Under the pieces are notes generated by a model. The model searched no databases. It saw only the letters and a list, made by a program, of their open reading frames with translations, and was not told the origin of the DNA. From contig JAQUKH010000017.1 in NCBI GenBank assembly GCA_028719205.1, positions 1 through 53,896 of the forward strand: a stretch of DNA of 53,896 bases, in the 5' to 3' direction. The position numbers and the translations under genes are program-made. The stretch comes from a bacterium (GTDB taxonomy: Bacteria; JACRDZ01; JAQUKH01). The stretch's first letter is position 1. Each line of letters starts with the position of its first letter. Positions 38,545 through 48,665 of this stretch are shown here, piece after piece.

Positions 38545-39108
38545 ATGTTAGAAATTCGTTGGCATGGAAGGGGCGGGCAGGGGGTAGTTACAGCGGCTAA
38601 GCTTTTAGCTGAGTCGGCAGTTACCGGCGGCAAGTATGTTCAGGCAAATCCGGAATATGGCGCCGAGCGTATGGGCGCGCCTATCAGGGCATTTACCCGT
38701 ATTGACACTGTGCCTATTAATATCCATAGCAATATAGAAACTCCGCAGGTAGTAGTAGTTTTGGATCCTTCTTTGATCGGTTCTATTGATGTGGTGGAGG
38801 GTTTGAAAGAGGATGGGATAATAATTATTAATACTCCGCTTTCCCCAAAAGATATGCGTGAAAAATTAAAATTGCAGGGAAGAAAAATTTATACTGTTGA
38901 CGCTACAAAAATATCAATTGACAGTATAAAAAAACCAATACCTAATACACCTATGGTTGGAGCGCTTATCAGGGCAACAGGGGCTTTAAATATTGAAGTT
39001 GTTGTTAAGGATTTTAAGGAAAAGTATTCAAAGAAATTTCGTCCTGAGATATTGGAAGGGAATATTTTATCCATAAGAAGAGCATATCAGGAGGTTAAAG
39101 GTGAGTAA
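38545..39108 (+). CDS. porC: Pyruvate/2-oxoacid:ferredoxin oxidoreductase gamma subunit
   Basis: EIRWHGRGGQGVVT, YGAERMGAP. Confidence 0.92.
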   Translation: MLEIRWHGRGGQGVVTAAKLLAESAVTGGKYVQANPEYGAERMGAPIRAFTRIDTVPINIHSNIETPQVVVVLDPSLIGSIDVVEGLKEDGIIIINTPLSPKDMREKLKLQGRKIYTVDATKISIDSIKKPIPNTPMVGALIRATGALNIEVVVKDFKEKYSKKFRPEILEGNILSIRRAYQEVKGE

Positions 39109-39385
39109 TAAGACTTGGAAAGAGATACCTATCGGCGGCCTGATCATAGAGCCGGGTAATTCTGTTAATTATAAAACCGGCGGATGGCGGGTTTTTAAAC
39201 CGATCCATGATCCGACAAAATGCACTAATTGTCTTATCTGCTGGATATATTGTCCTGATTCGTCAATTATTGTAAAAAACGGAAAAATTGAAAAATTTGA
39301 TTATGATCATTGTAAGGGATGCGGTATTTGCGCTAAGGAATGCCCGACTAAAATAAAAGCGATCACGATGGTTAAGGAGGAGTAA
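39101..39385 (+). CDS. porD: Oxidoreductase delta subunit (2x[4Fe-4S])
   Basis: TGGWR, CTNCLICWIYCP, CKGCGICAKECP. Confidence 0.92.
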   Translation: MSNKTWKEIPIGGLIIEPGNSVNYKTGGWRVFKPIHDPTKCTNCLICWIYCPDSSIIVKNGKIEKFDYDHCKGCGICAKECPTKIKAITMVKEE

Positions 39386-39389
39386 CGAG

Positions 39390-40565
39390 ATGCGAGTAGC
39401 AATGACTGGGAATGAGGCCGTAGCGTATGCGATGAAACAGATAAATCCTGAAGTAGTGGCTGCTTATCCTATTACACCTCAAACGGGTATAATGCAGAAA
39501 TACGCGGAATATGTAGCCAATGGCCAGGTGGATACTGAATTTCTTACAATGGACAGCGAACATAGCGCTATGAGCGCCACGATCGGAGCGTCCGCGAGCG
39601 GCATAAGGGCGATGACAGCCACATCATCGAATGGTTTGGCTTATATGTGGGAGGTTGTTTATATTGCGGCGTCTTACCGTTTGCCTATTGTTATGCCTGT
39701 TGTTAACAGAGCGTTGTCAGGCCCGATAAATATTCATTGCGATCACAGTGATACAATGGGTTGCCGTGATTCGGGTTGGATACAACTTTTCAGCGAGAAT
39801 ACACAGGAAGCGTATGATAACGCGATACAGGCGTTGAGGATTGCCGAGCATCCTGATGTTTTGCTTCCCGCTATGATAACTTATGATGGTTTTATTATAA
39901 GCCACGCGCTGGAAACGCTTAATACTTATGAAGATGATAAGGTTAAAAAATTTATTGGAAGTTATAATCCAAAATATCCGTTGATAAATCCTGATAAACC
40001 TGTAACTTACGGGCCGCTTGATTTTTTTGATTATTATTTTGAACATAAAAGGCAGCAGGCCGAGGGGATGATTAACGCTAAAAAGGTTATTTTGGAAGTT
40101 GGTAAGGCCTTTGAAAAAGAGTTTGGGCGTTCATATGGTTTGTTCGAAGAATATCGTATGGCGGATGCCGAATTGGCTATAATAGTTCTAGGTTCAACCG
40201 CGGGAACCGCTAAGGTAGTGGTTGACATGGTCAGGGAAAAAGGCTATAAAGTGGGATTGATAAAGATAAGAAGCTTCCGCCCGTTTCCTGAAGAGGAATT
40301 GGCTGAGGCTTTGAAAAGAATAAAAGTTTTGGCGGTAATGGACAGGTCTTTAGGTTTTAATGGAGTAGGCGGGCCTTTGTTTAATGATGTAAGGGCCGCG
40401 CTTTTTGGTAGAAATCCTGATATAAAAGTTGTAAATTATGTGTACGGCCTTGGCGGCAGGGAAATAACCCCGAATGATATTTGGAATATATGCAATAATA
40501 TCAGGGATATAAATTTGACCGGTAAGATAGAAAAAACAGTTAGTTATGTAGGTGTAAGAGAATAA
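39390..40565 (+). CDS. porA: Oxidoreductase alpha subunit
   Basis: AAYPITPQT, SEHSAMS, NRALSGPINIHCDHSD. Confidence 0.93.
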   Translation: MRVAMTGNEAVAYAMKQINPEVVAAYPITPQTGIMQKYAEYVANGQVDTEFLTMDSEHSAMSATIGASASGIRAMTATSSNGLAYMWEVVYIAASYRLPIVMPVVNRALSGPINIHCDHSDTMGCRDSGWIQLFSENTQEAYDNAIQALRIAEHPDVLLPAMITYDGFIISHALETLNTYEDDKVKKFIGSYNPKYPLINPDKPVTYGPLDFFDYYFEHKRQQAEGMINAKKVILEVGKAFEKEFGRSYGLFEEYRMADAELAIIVLGSTAGTAKVVVDMVREKGYKVGLIKIRSFRPFPEEELAEALKRIKVLAVMDRSLGFNGVGGPLFNDVRAALFGRNPDIKVVNYVYGLGGREITPNDIWNICNNIRDINLTGKIEKTVSYVGVRE

Positions 40566-40670
40566 AAATAAATATGAATTTACCCTGATGTAATATCGGG
40601 GTTCAATTCGTACTATCATTTCTGTGCGCACTTCGTGCTTCATAAACGATGTGCTCATTGAAGGAGATTC

Positions 40671-41606
40671 ATGGCTTCATTAAAAGAATTATCGACTCGA
40701 GAAGAAATTATAGCACCGGGTCACAGGTTATGTCCGGGATGCGGTGCGGCGATTGTTGCGCGTATGGTTACCAAAGCGGCAAAAAACCCTCTGGTGGTGG
40801 CTTGCGCGACTGGATGTTTAGAGGTTTCAACGACTATTTATCCTTTCACATCATGGAAATCCTCTTTCCTTCATGTGGCGTTCGAGAATTCAGCGGCTTC
40901 TTTAAGCGGCGCTGAGGCGGCATACCGTGCGCTGAAGAAAAAAGGAAAGATAAAAGAAGATATAAGATTTATCGCGTTTGGCGGTGACGGCGGGACTTAC
41001 GATATTGGTTTCCAGAGCCTTTCAGGCGCGTTAGAACGCGGGCATCGCATGCTGATAATTTGTTATGATAACGGGGCTTATATGAACACTGGTATTCAGC
41101 GTTCAAGCGCAACGCCGCGTGGCGCGGATACTACCACGACTCCGGTGGGTAAAGTAAGTACCGGGAAAAAAGAGTATCCGAAAGATCTGACTGCGTGTGT
41201 TGTCGCGCATAATATACCTTATGTTGCTCAGGCCTCTCCAAGCCATTACGCTGATCTTATGCGAAAGGTTGAAAAGGCATTAGATGTTGACGGGCCGAGT
41301 TTTATTAATATTCTTTCCCCATGCCCGCTTGGATGGAGATGTCCGGGAGAAGATAGTATTGGAATGGCAAAGCTCGCGGTAGAAACAGGTTTTTGGCAGC
41401 TTTACGAGGTTGAAAACGGGGAATATAAAATGAATTATAGTCCCAAGGAAAGAAAACCGCTCAGAGAATGGCTGGAGAAACAAGGCCGGTTCCGCCATCT
41501 TTTTACCCCGGCAAATGAACATATTTTAAAGGAACTCCAGGAACACGTGGATATGAAATGGGAGAAGCTGCTCCAGAAGTCGTGTGTTAATACTGAAAAT
41601 AAATAA
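40671..41606 (+). CDS. porB: Oxidoreductase beta subunit (TPP-binding)
   Basis: GHRLCPGCG, GGDGGTYDIG, YDNGAYMNTG, SPCP. Confidence 0.93.
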   Translation: MASLKELSTREEIIAPGHRLCPGCGAAIVARMVTKAAKNPLVVACATGCLEVSTTIYPFTSWKSSFLHVAFENSAASLSGAEAAYRALKKKGKIKEDIRFIAFGGDGGTYDIGFQSLSGALERGHRMLIICYDNGAYMNTGIQRSSATPRGADTTTTPVGKVSTGKKEYPKDLTACVVAHNIPYVAQASPSHYADLMRKVEKALDVDGPSFINILSPCPLGWRCPGEDSIGMAKLAVETGFWQLYEVENGEYKMNYSPKERKPLREWLEKQGRFRHLFTPANEHILKELQEHVDMKWEKLLQKSCVNTENK

Positions 41607-41682
41607 TAATAATTTTTATATATGTTCCCCGGTACCTGTAAAGGACGGGAAATGTGAAAGTTTTATAAAAAAAAAGATATGT

Positions 41683-41758
41683 TCCCCGGTAGCTCAATCG
41701 GTAGAGTGGGTGACTGTTAATCACTAGGTCGCTGGTTCGAGCCCAGCCCGGGGAGCCA
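41683..41758 (+). tRNA. tRNA-Asn(GTT)
   Basis: TCCCCGG/CCGGGGA acceptor, CTGTTAA loop, CCA. Confidence 0.96.
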
Positions 41759-41979
41759 AAATAAAGAAACCCTTTAGTAGAAATACTAAGGGGTTTTTTA
41801 TTTGTGGAAATAATTGGGCTCGAACCAGGGGGAAACCCTCCTGAGGCGGATAAAGAGGTTTTTCAAGAGGTGACAGTGAGGAACAGCCAGCCTGTTCGCA
41901 TATGGCGGAAGGGGCGCGGAAACCTGCCTGCGGGCAGGCTGGTTCAAGGCCGAAGGCCGGAGCCCAGCCCGGGGAGCCA
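41759..41979 (+). mobile_element. Miniature non-coding element ending in a copy of the tRNA-Asn 3' end
   Basis: 41960-41979 identical to tRNA 41739-41758; 41815-41828 is the exact reverse complement of T-arm 41732-41745. Confidence 0.7.
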
Positions 41980-42108
41980 GTGAACCCTACTGGGTTCACT
42001 GCCATGCACTTGTGCATGGCAAATCTTGTTTTTTTAATCTTGATGTTTGCATAAAAGCCTTGATTTCTGAGTAAGTAGTGATAAAATATCATGAAGGATT
42101 AATATAAA

Positions 42109-42363
42109 ATGCCAACAATTTTACAAATATTAGGCTGGAGATTATTTTTCTATGCTAATGAAGGAAACGAACCAATTCATGTTCATTGCCAAAAGGGTGA
42201 AAAAGAATGTAAATATTGGATTCTTACTAGCGAGTTTGACTTAGAAGAAGTTTTTGCATATAATATGAATGTAAAAGATAAAAGGGAAATAAAAAAAATT
42301 ATTTTCGAGCACTTTGAATATATTGAGCTGAAATGGAAAGAATTCCAAAAAAGGAAAAATTAA
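42109..42363 (+). CDS. DUF4160-family protein (putative toxin)
   Basis: MPTI...GWRLFFYANEGNEPIHVH...KYW; paired with downstream gene. Confidence 0.85.
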   Translation: MPTILQILGWRLFFYANEGNEPIHVHCQKGEKECKYWILTSEFDLEEVFAYNMNVKDKREIKKIIFEHFEYIELKWKEFQKRKN

Positions 42364-42651
42364 ATGAAGAAGGTTCATAAAATTAAAAATATCAAAATAA
42401 TTGATGATAAATTACTAATAAATATTGATGATAAGGAAAAGACATTTCGACTTAAAGAGATTTCGAGTAAATTGCTCAAAGCGACTAATATTGAAAAAAA
42501 CAAATTTGAAGTTTCTCTTTCCAGATATGGTATTCATTGCTCATTAATCGATGAAGATATTTCAATCGACGGCCTTCTTGGTTTAGTCCACTCGCCAAAA
42601 AATAAAATAAAACTTCATCACCAGTCGCTTTTAAAAGATGCTGTTTGTTAA
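42364..42651 (+). CDS. DUF2442-family protein (putative antitoxin)
   Basis: KLLKAT..E...FEVS...GIH..LIDEDISIDGLL. Confidence 0.8.
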   Translation: MKKVHKIKNIKIIDDKLLINIDDKEKTFRLKEISSKLLKATNIEKNKFEVSLSRYGIHCSLIDEDISIDGLLGLVHSPKNKIKLHHQSLLKDAVC

Positions 42652-44432
42652 AAACAAGTCCCCAAGCCAAATCTATTTAATCTTAATCATTCTAATTTTT
42701 TTAATTCCATATAATGTAGTAAAAGCCCAAAATATTGATTCCCTACGGGGGCCGGATGTTGTTGATATCAGCGGGAGGAAATATTATTCAGCTGTTAAGG
42801 TGGCCTTGGATAATGCTAAGGAATCCATATCTATGGTTATGTTGAGGCTCTGTGACACAATAAAATTGTCATTTGGCTGGAAGTATTTTGAGACGAATCG
42901 AAGCTAAATTTTTTAAGCATACCCTCTGCGGTATGTAAGAAAAATTTGGCAAAGATGCAGGCCAAAAGTCACCAGCCCGAAGGGGGAACCGATTTTGCGG
43001 CAACTTCTTCGTTGCTCGTCGTTTAAGTGCCAGATGGCACACTGCACTCCTCGTGCCTCGAATTCATCGCAAACTCGGTTCTCCAAATGTCAATTGTATT
43101 GTGTCACAGAGCCTTGTCCTAGAAATGGATGAGAAAAATACGAATTCACAGGTTTATAAATTATGCTCAAGTTTGGTTGATGCGAAAAAACGAGGGGTTC
43201 GGGTTAAGGTTATCTTAGATCAGAATATTGATTATATGAGAGAAAGAAAAGAAGACGAGTGGCAGGTTGAGGATAAGAATCAAAATGCGTTCAGTTTTTT
43301 TAAGAAAAACGGAATAGAGGTATTTTACGATACGAAAAATATATATACGCATAGCAAAGCAATAGTTATTGACGAAAATATTGTTATATCGGGCAGTACC
43401 AACTGGTCGAATTCTGCCCTCAATAAAAATAATGAGGCCTCGGTATTAATAAGATCAAGTGAATTAGCAAAATCATTTTTGAAAGATTTTTCTGATATTG
43501 CCATTGATAATGACGCGGGCAGGGATGTAAACGAGAAAGAACCTAAGCTTGCCATATATAGATATTTTTTAGAAAATGAAGATCTCGCGGGTAGAATGAT
43601 AACCAATTCGGATGAAAGGGCGTTCGATGTTTATCTTTTGTTATTGAGGGAGTATAAAGACAATGCCTTTATAGATTTTGATTATGACAGTGTGGCGGGG
43701 TCTCTTGATATGGATAAGGAGATGAATAAGGAAGAATACCGGAGACAACTTATCAAGACGCTGAAAAAAATAGAAGAGATATACGGGCTTATAAAATTTG
43801 AACCGGAATTCGGCAAGAACGCAAAGGTGACCTTACTTGATCAGAAAGATAAAGAAAAGCCGTATGCATACCCCGAGGGCAACTTTTTTTTAATCCCCGG
43901 AGAATATTTCAGTTACAAGTGGGACACCACTCTTTCTTTTAAAGCAAAATTTTGCTATCTGATTAACCTGTATAAGGCCAGCCAGAACCTTGATAATCCC
44001 AAATGGGCCGACGCCCGTGAAATTCTCAGCAAACAGTTTCATTTAAATATTGATACGATAAGCCAAGGCATGATAGAGTTAAGAAGATTAAATATTATAG
44101 ATGTGGAGTATTCCAGCATCGAAGACGGCTATGAATCAAGAGAGCCTTCAAAATATAAAGTATTGGATTTGTATGATCCCCTGAAACAGGCGGAAGAATG
44201 GGAAAGGCTGAAGAGGTTATACGGGGCGGACAGGTTCGCCAAGGCAAAAGGATTCGCGGAAGTGGTATTTGAAGAAAATGATCCCGCCGTTGTTGAAGAT
44301 ATAATTTTTTTGATAGATGAATACGGTATAGAAAAATATCAAGCCGCCATAAATATAGTTGCGCAAAAAGCGGCGGATAATCCCAAGCGGACGCAGAGTT
44401 ATGTGGTGGGGATATTACGCTCAAAGATATAA
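42638..44432 (+). pseudogene. PLD-superfamily (single HKD) nuclease-like protein with C-terminal HTH-like domains, interrupted by MITE
   Basis: N part ...LDNAKESISMVML; C part LVDAKKRGVRVKVILD...HSKAIVID...SGSTNWS; removal of 42846-43113 restores the frame. Confidence 0.8.
42845..43114. mobile_element. MITE (non-autonomous IS derivative), 270 bp
   Basis: TIR AGGCTCTGTGACACAATA / TATTGTGTCACAGAGCCT, 30/32 over the extended repeat; no transposase. Confidence 0.88.
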
Positions 44433-44788
44433 AAGAAAAATTAGTAATTTTAATAAACACATTTTATGAAATTAAAGAAAAATCAAATAATAATAAAATC
44501 AATAATATCGAAAATTGTCCTATAGATGTTTTAGAATGTATATTAAAAAATACAAAAGATAAGTACATATATAACTTTAAATCATCCAAGAAAAGTTCAA
44601 GTGATTCCCCACAATATTGTTCCAAAATTGTTGCTAATCGTCCCTACTTTTATAGGCTGGAAACAATATTACATAAACATATTGAAAAACTTTTTAGACC
44701 GAATGATAAAATTCCATCTATAAAAGAAACGTTGAATAATATTAAAAAAGATTTAATTATTGAAATATTTAGAAATCCAAGTTTATAG
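44429..44788 (+). pseudogene. 5'-truncated AT-rich ORF remnant
   Basis: ~120 stop-free codons in very AT-rich DNA with no suitable start codon. Confidence 0.4.
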
Positions 44789-45200
44789 AATTTATAAAAG
44801 TAATTTTAAAAAAGAGTTAGGTAACAGTTTAGTTGTTTTTTAACAGATAAAATAATCAGGAAGAATTAAATATTCCTTTTTGATTTAATAAAAATCTGAT
44901 TTTTTGCCCAATTTAGAATGGAATATAAATATCCTCGTATGGGATAATATTTTTGGGGCAAAGCAGTAAGAAGCGCGGAAGATCGGAAGTAAAGAGGCAT
45001 GGCGCATAGGGCATAGAGTTCAGAAAAGTTATAAGTGCGGAAGCAAGAATGGGTGATGGCTCAAGAGGCTAAGGTCTGGGGCGGGAAAGATAAAAGCTGT
45101 TTGAACTGTTTGAGCGCGGAAGCCGGAATGTAAAATTTTTTGGGCAAAATAGATTTAAAGATTTCGGAAACAGGAAGTAATTTTACAACTTTGTTAATTT

Positions 45201-45545
45201 CTAAATATTCTCCTTCAACATACGGTTGAAGTTGTCTTTTAGCTGGGGGATATCTTCTTTTATGGTTTTCCAAAGTACTTTGGTATCGATTCCGAAATAA
45301 TCATGGATTAGAACGTCCCTCATTCCGGCCATCTCCTTCCATGGTAAATCGGGAAATGTTTCTCTGATATTTTTTGGAATGTGTTTTACTGCCTCGCCGA
45401 TTATCTCTATACTTCTGACACAGGCATAAACTGTTTTTTCGTCCTTTTCAAAACTTTCATAATTAAATCCTTTTACAAATTTATTGAGTTTTTTTATTTC
45501 ATTAACGATGTCCGAGACGTAATCTTTTATCTCTCTTTTACTCAT
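45201..45545 (-). CDS. HepT-like (DUF86/HEPN) RNase toxin
   Basis: [26 protein letters not shown] (RX4H). Confidence 0.92.
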   Translation of the reverse strand: MSKREIKDYVSDIVNEIKKLNKFVKGFNYESFEKDEKTVYACVRSIEIIGEAVKHIPKNIRETFPDLPWKEMAGMRDVLIHDYFGIDTKVLWKTIKEDIPQLKDNFNRMLKENI

Positions 45546-45841
45546 ATGAATACCGTTTCTTCCAATATGTGTTTTCCGATAGCTGGTTTTAATGCAGTTT
45601 TCATTACCAAATCCACTTTGACGCCAAATAGATCGCTTAAATGGTTTTTTAATCGGACAAACTCAAACAATCCCGGTGTTTTTTTAAAGTCCACGAGTAT
45701 ATCCAAATCACTTCTTTTTTTCTGTTTTCCTGTAACGTAAGAGCCAAAAATACCTATCTCTTTGATGCCATACTTTTCTTGTATTAGCCCTTTTTGTTCA
45801 GCTAAAACAGTTTTTATTTTTTTCAGGTTTGTTGTTCTCAT
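45542..45841 (-). CDS. MntA-like minimal nucleotidyltransferase antitoxin
   Basis: IFGSY...[14 protein letters not shown]. Confidence 0.92.
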   Translation of the reverse strand: MRTTNLKKIKTVLAEQKGLIQEKYGIKEIGIFGSYVTGKQKKRSDLDILVDFKKTPGLFEFVRLKNHLSDLFGVKVDLVMKTALKPAIGKHILEETVFI

Positions 45842-46125
45842 ATTTGCCTTTTTTCTACAAATTAATTGTTTTAAGTATAGTCGAAAATAGAATGATATTC
45901 AAGAAAATTGTTTTAATGGATAAACAGATGCGCAGATGTTGGATTTATTTTTATTCCCTTAAATTATTCTTCCAGCAAGAATGAATTAAATTCGGCAAAA
46001 AAATCGGAACAAAATTTGAATTTAAATCAAATGGGGAGCCAAAATAAGAAAGACCCTTTAGTTATTTAACTAAAGGGTCTTTTTATTTTACCTTATCGAA
46101 ATCAAATCCGATATAATGTAGCATT

Positions 46126-47970
46126 ATGAAAATTACTAAGTTATCTGATCTCAAAATTGATAAGTCTTTTTATATCCTTCTGATCATCCTTGCAGGCGCA
46201 TTTGCTTTCCGTTTATTTTATCTTGCGGAGTATATTAAAAGCAGTATTTATCCGGTAATGGCGCAGTCGGACAGCTATTGTTATTATACGTGGGCGAAAG
46301 ATATACTTTCCGGAGATATTTTAGGCAGTAAGGCTTTTATGAAATGGCCGTTATATGCCTATTTTCTGGCGTTTTTGTTCAAGGTTTTTGGGGAGAATAT
46401 AGGGACTGTTTATTTGATACAGTTTGTTTTGGGGGTTTTGAATTGCTGGTTGATCTATTTGATCGCTAAGAAAATATTTAATGAAAAAACGGCAATTATT
46501 TCCGCTATTTTCTATTTATTCACAAGCCAGTTCATTATATACGAAGGCCTGTTGATGTATACGGCCTTGTCAATATTTTTAAACCTGTTATTTGTACTTT
46601 TACTGTTGAAGGTTGATATCAACTCGAGTAGAAAAAAAATATTTTTACTTGGTATGTTTTTAGGGGTTGCGGTTTTAACCCAGGCTAATATACTTATTTT
46701 CGGGATATTTTCGTTTGTATGGATTATAGTAAAAACAAAACCGGTATTTAAAAATTTTATTTTTAATATTTTAACTTTTTTATTCGGCCTATCGCTCATA
46801 ATGGGTTTGGCGACATTAAGGAATTATAAAGTCGAAAAAGATTTTGACCTGATCGCGGGTAATTTAGGGATCAACTTTTATATGGGAAATAATCCAAAAG
46901 CCACAGGAGGATTTTATTGCCCGGATAATATCAGTTTTAACCAGGAGGATATACTGCGTGATTTCAGGATCGTAGCTGAATACGAAACAGGGAAAATATT
47001 AAAAACATCGCAAATATCTAAGTTCTGGTTCAAAAAAGGATCGGCTTTTATTTTTAACGAACCAGTAAATTATATGAAACTACTATTTAAAAAGCTGAGT
47101 TATGTCCTAACGGGTAATTTTTCCGGGCCGGATATTGAAAATAATTTTATCCGGGAGGAGATCGGTTTATTTAAATATACGGGCTGGGAAATAAAGTTTA
47201 TAGTGATGTTCAGTTTATTAGGAATATTATTCGCAAAAAATGAGGGAAATAAGACGGCAATCCTTTATCTGGCTGTCGCGTGTTTATCGGCAAGTGTTAT
47301 ATTATTTTTTATAACTCTGCGCTATATGATGACGGTTATGCCTTTTATGATAATTTTCGCGGGTTTTGGTTTTTATACTTTAATAAAGATATTTTTAGAT
47401 AAAAATTATATTAAATTTTTTTTAATAATAATTTTTATGATACTGTTCTTAATAATAATTTTCATGATAAAATTAAAAGCTAAAGATAAGCCTGGTATTG
47501 ATAATTATTTATCCCGGGCGATGAGATATGAAATTAGAAAGGATTATCAAAAGTCCCTGGAACAGTTAGATCTTGCTCAAACGGTAGAGCCTGATAATCA
47601 GCGTGTTTTGTTCCGGCAGGGAGTAATTTATTTTTATCTTAACGATTTAATACAAGCTGAAAACAGGTTTAAAAAAATTCTTGAAATTAATCCGTTGAGG
47701 GTGGACGCGTATTACAATCTGGGATTATTATATAATAAAAAAGTGCAGTATGAGCAGGCAAAACAGGTATTACAAAAAGGATTATCTTTGGATATGGAAG
47801 GTTTAAATATCCATTATGCCCTGGCGATGGCTTATAAAAATAGCGGAGAAAATATCCAGGCGGAAAAAGAACTCAGGTATATCAAAGAAAATCTTAAGCC
47901 CTGGCGGGACAAAGAAATAGATATGGTTAAAGAACAGCTTACAGAACTTGGTATCAAAAAAGCGGACTGA
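46126..47970 (+). CDS. GT-C (ArnT/PMT-like) glycosyltransferase with TPR repeats
   Basis: DSYCY.TWA, PLYAYFLA, GINFYMGNNP.ATG, C-terminal YNLGLLY TPRs. Confidence 0.85.
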   Translation: MKITKLSDLKIDKSFYILLIILAGAFAFRLFYLAEYIKSSIYPVMAQSDSYCYYTWAKDILSGDILGSKAFMKWPLYAYFLAFLFKVFGENIGTVYLIQFVLGVLNCWLIYLIAKKIFNEKTAIISAIFYLFTSQFIIYEGLLMYTALSIFLNLLFVLLLLKVDINSSRKKIFLLGMFLGVAVLTQANILIFGIFSFVWIIVKTKPVFKNFIFNILTFLFGLSLIMGLATLRNYKVEKDFDLIAGNLGINFYMGNNPKATGGFYCPDNISFNQEDILRDFRIVAEYETGKILKTSQISKFWFKKGSAFIFNEPVNYMKLLFKKLSYVLTGNFSGPDIENNFIREEIGLFKYTGWEIKFIVMFSLLGILFAKNEGNKTAILYLAVACLSASVILFFITLRYMMTVMPFMIIFAGFGFYTLIKIFLDKNYIKFFLIIIFMILFLIIIFMIKLKAKDKPGIDNYLSRAMRYEIRKDYQKSLEQLDLAQTVEPDNQRVLFRQGVIYFYLNDLIQAENRFKKILEINPLRVDAYYNLGLLYNKKVQYEQAKQVLQKGLSLDMEGLNIHYALAMAYKNSGENIQAEKELRYIKENLKPWRDKEIDMVKEQLTELGIKKAD

Positions 47971-47981
47971 TAAGGTTTTTC

Positions 47982-48011
47982 TTGACGAAAACGGGTTAAA
48001 TTAGGTATAAT
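47982..48011 (+). promoter_or_regulatory. Sigma70-like promoter of trpFBA
   Basis: TTGACG-18 bp-TATAAT. Confidence 0.6.
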
Positions 48012-48047
48012 AACTAATTTAAATCACTATTACCATGGGGAAGATTA

Positions 48048-48665
48048 TTGACAAAAATAAAAATATGCGGGATTACAAAGTTAGAAGACGCGCTGGCCTG
48101 TATTGATTACGGTGCGGACGCGATCGGCTTTGTTTTCGCGGAAAGTCCAAGAAGAATAGATAGGTCTCGATGCAAGGAGATCGTAGACCGGCTGCCGCCT
48201 TTTATTACTACAGTAGGGCTGTTTGCAAACCAGCCGCAAAAAGAAGTTGATGAAACAGTAAAATATCTTCATTTGGATATCCTCCAGTTTCATGGAGATG
48301 AATCGCCGGAATTTTGTTCGAATTTTAATAAAAGGATCATTAAGGCGTTCAGGATCTCTGATAAGAATGACCTGAAAAAATTAGATAATTATAAAGTTTC
48401 AGCGTATTTGCTGGATAGTTATGACAGTAAGAAATTGGGCGGGACAGGTAAAACGTTTGATTGGGGATTGATTAAAGGCATTAAGAATAAAAGGATCATT
48501 TTGGCGGGCGGATTAACCCCGGATAATGTAGGTGAGGCGATCAGGGAATGTTTACCTTACGGAGTTGATGTTTCGAGCGGGGTGGAAAAATCTCCGGGGA
48601 TCAAAGATCATAAAAAAATTAAGAAATTTATTGAGGCGGTGAAACGAAATGACATTACCGGATAA
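48048..48665 (+). CDS. trpF: Phosphoribosylanthranilate isomerase
   Basis: [35 protein letters not shown]. Confidence 0.96.
   Translation: MTKIKICGITKLEDALACIDYGADAIGFVFAESPRRIDRSRCKEIVDRLPPFITTVGLFANQPQKEVDETVKYLHLDILQFHGDESPEFCSNFNKRIIKAFRISDKNDLKKLDNYKVSAYLLDSYDSKKLGGTGKTFDWGLIKGIKNKRIILAGGLTPDNVGEAIRECLPYGVDVSSGVEKSPGIKDHKKIKKFIEAVKRNDITG

Larger units (their letters stand above)
41750..46088. mobile_element. ~4.3 kb genomic islet at tRNA-Asn, no integrase
   Basis: GGGGAGCCAAAATAA at 41750-41764 repeated at 46033-46047, each followed by a homologous terminator hairpin; TA cargo. Confidence 0.7.

Noticed and set aside
41724-42092. 122 aa minus-strand ORF
   Set aside because: Antisense to tRNA-Asn and the structured mini-element; no protein motif
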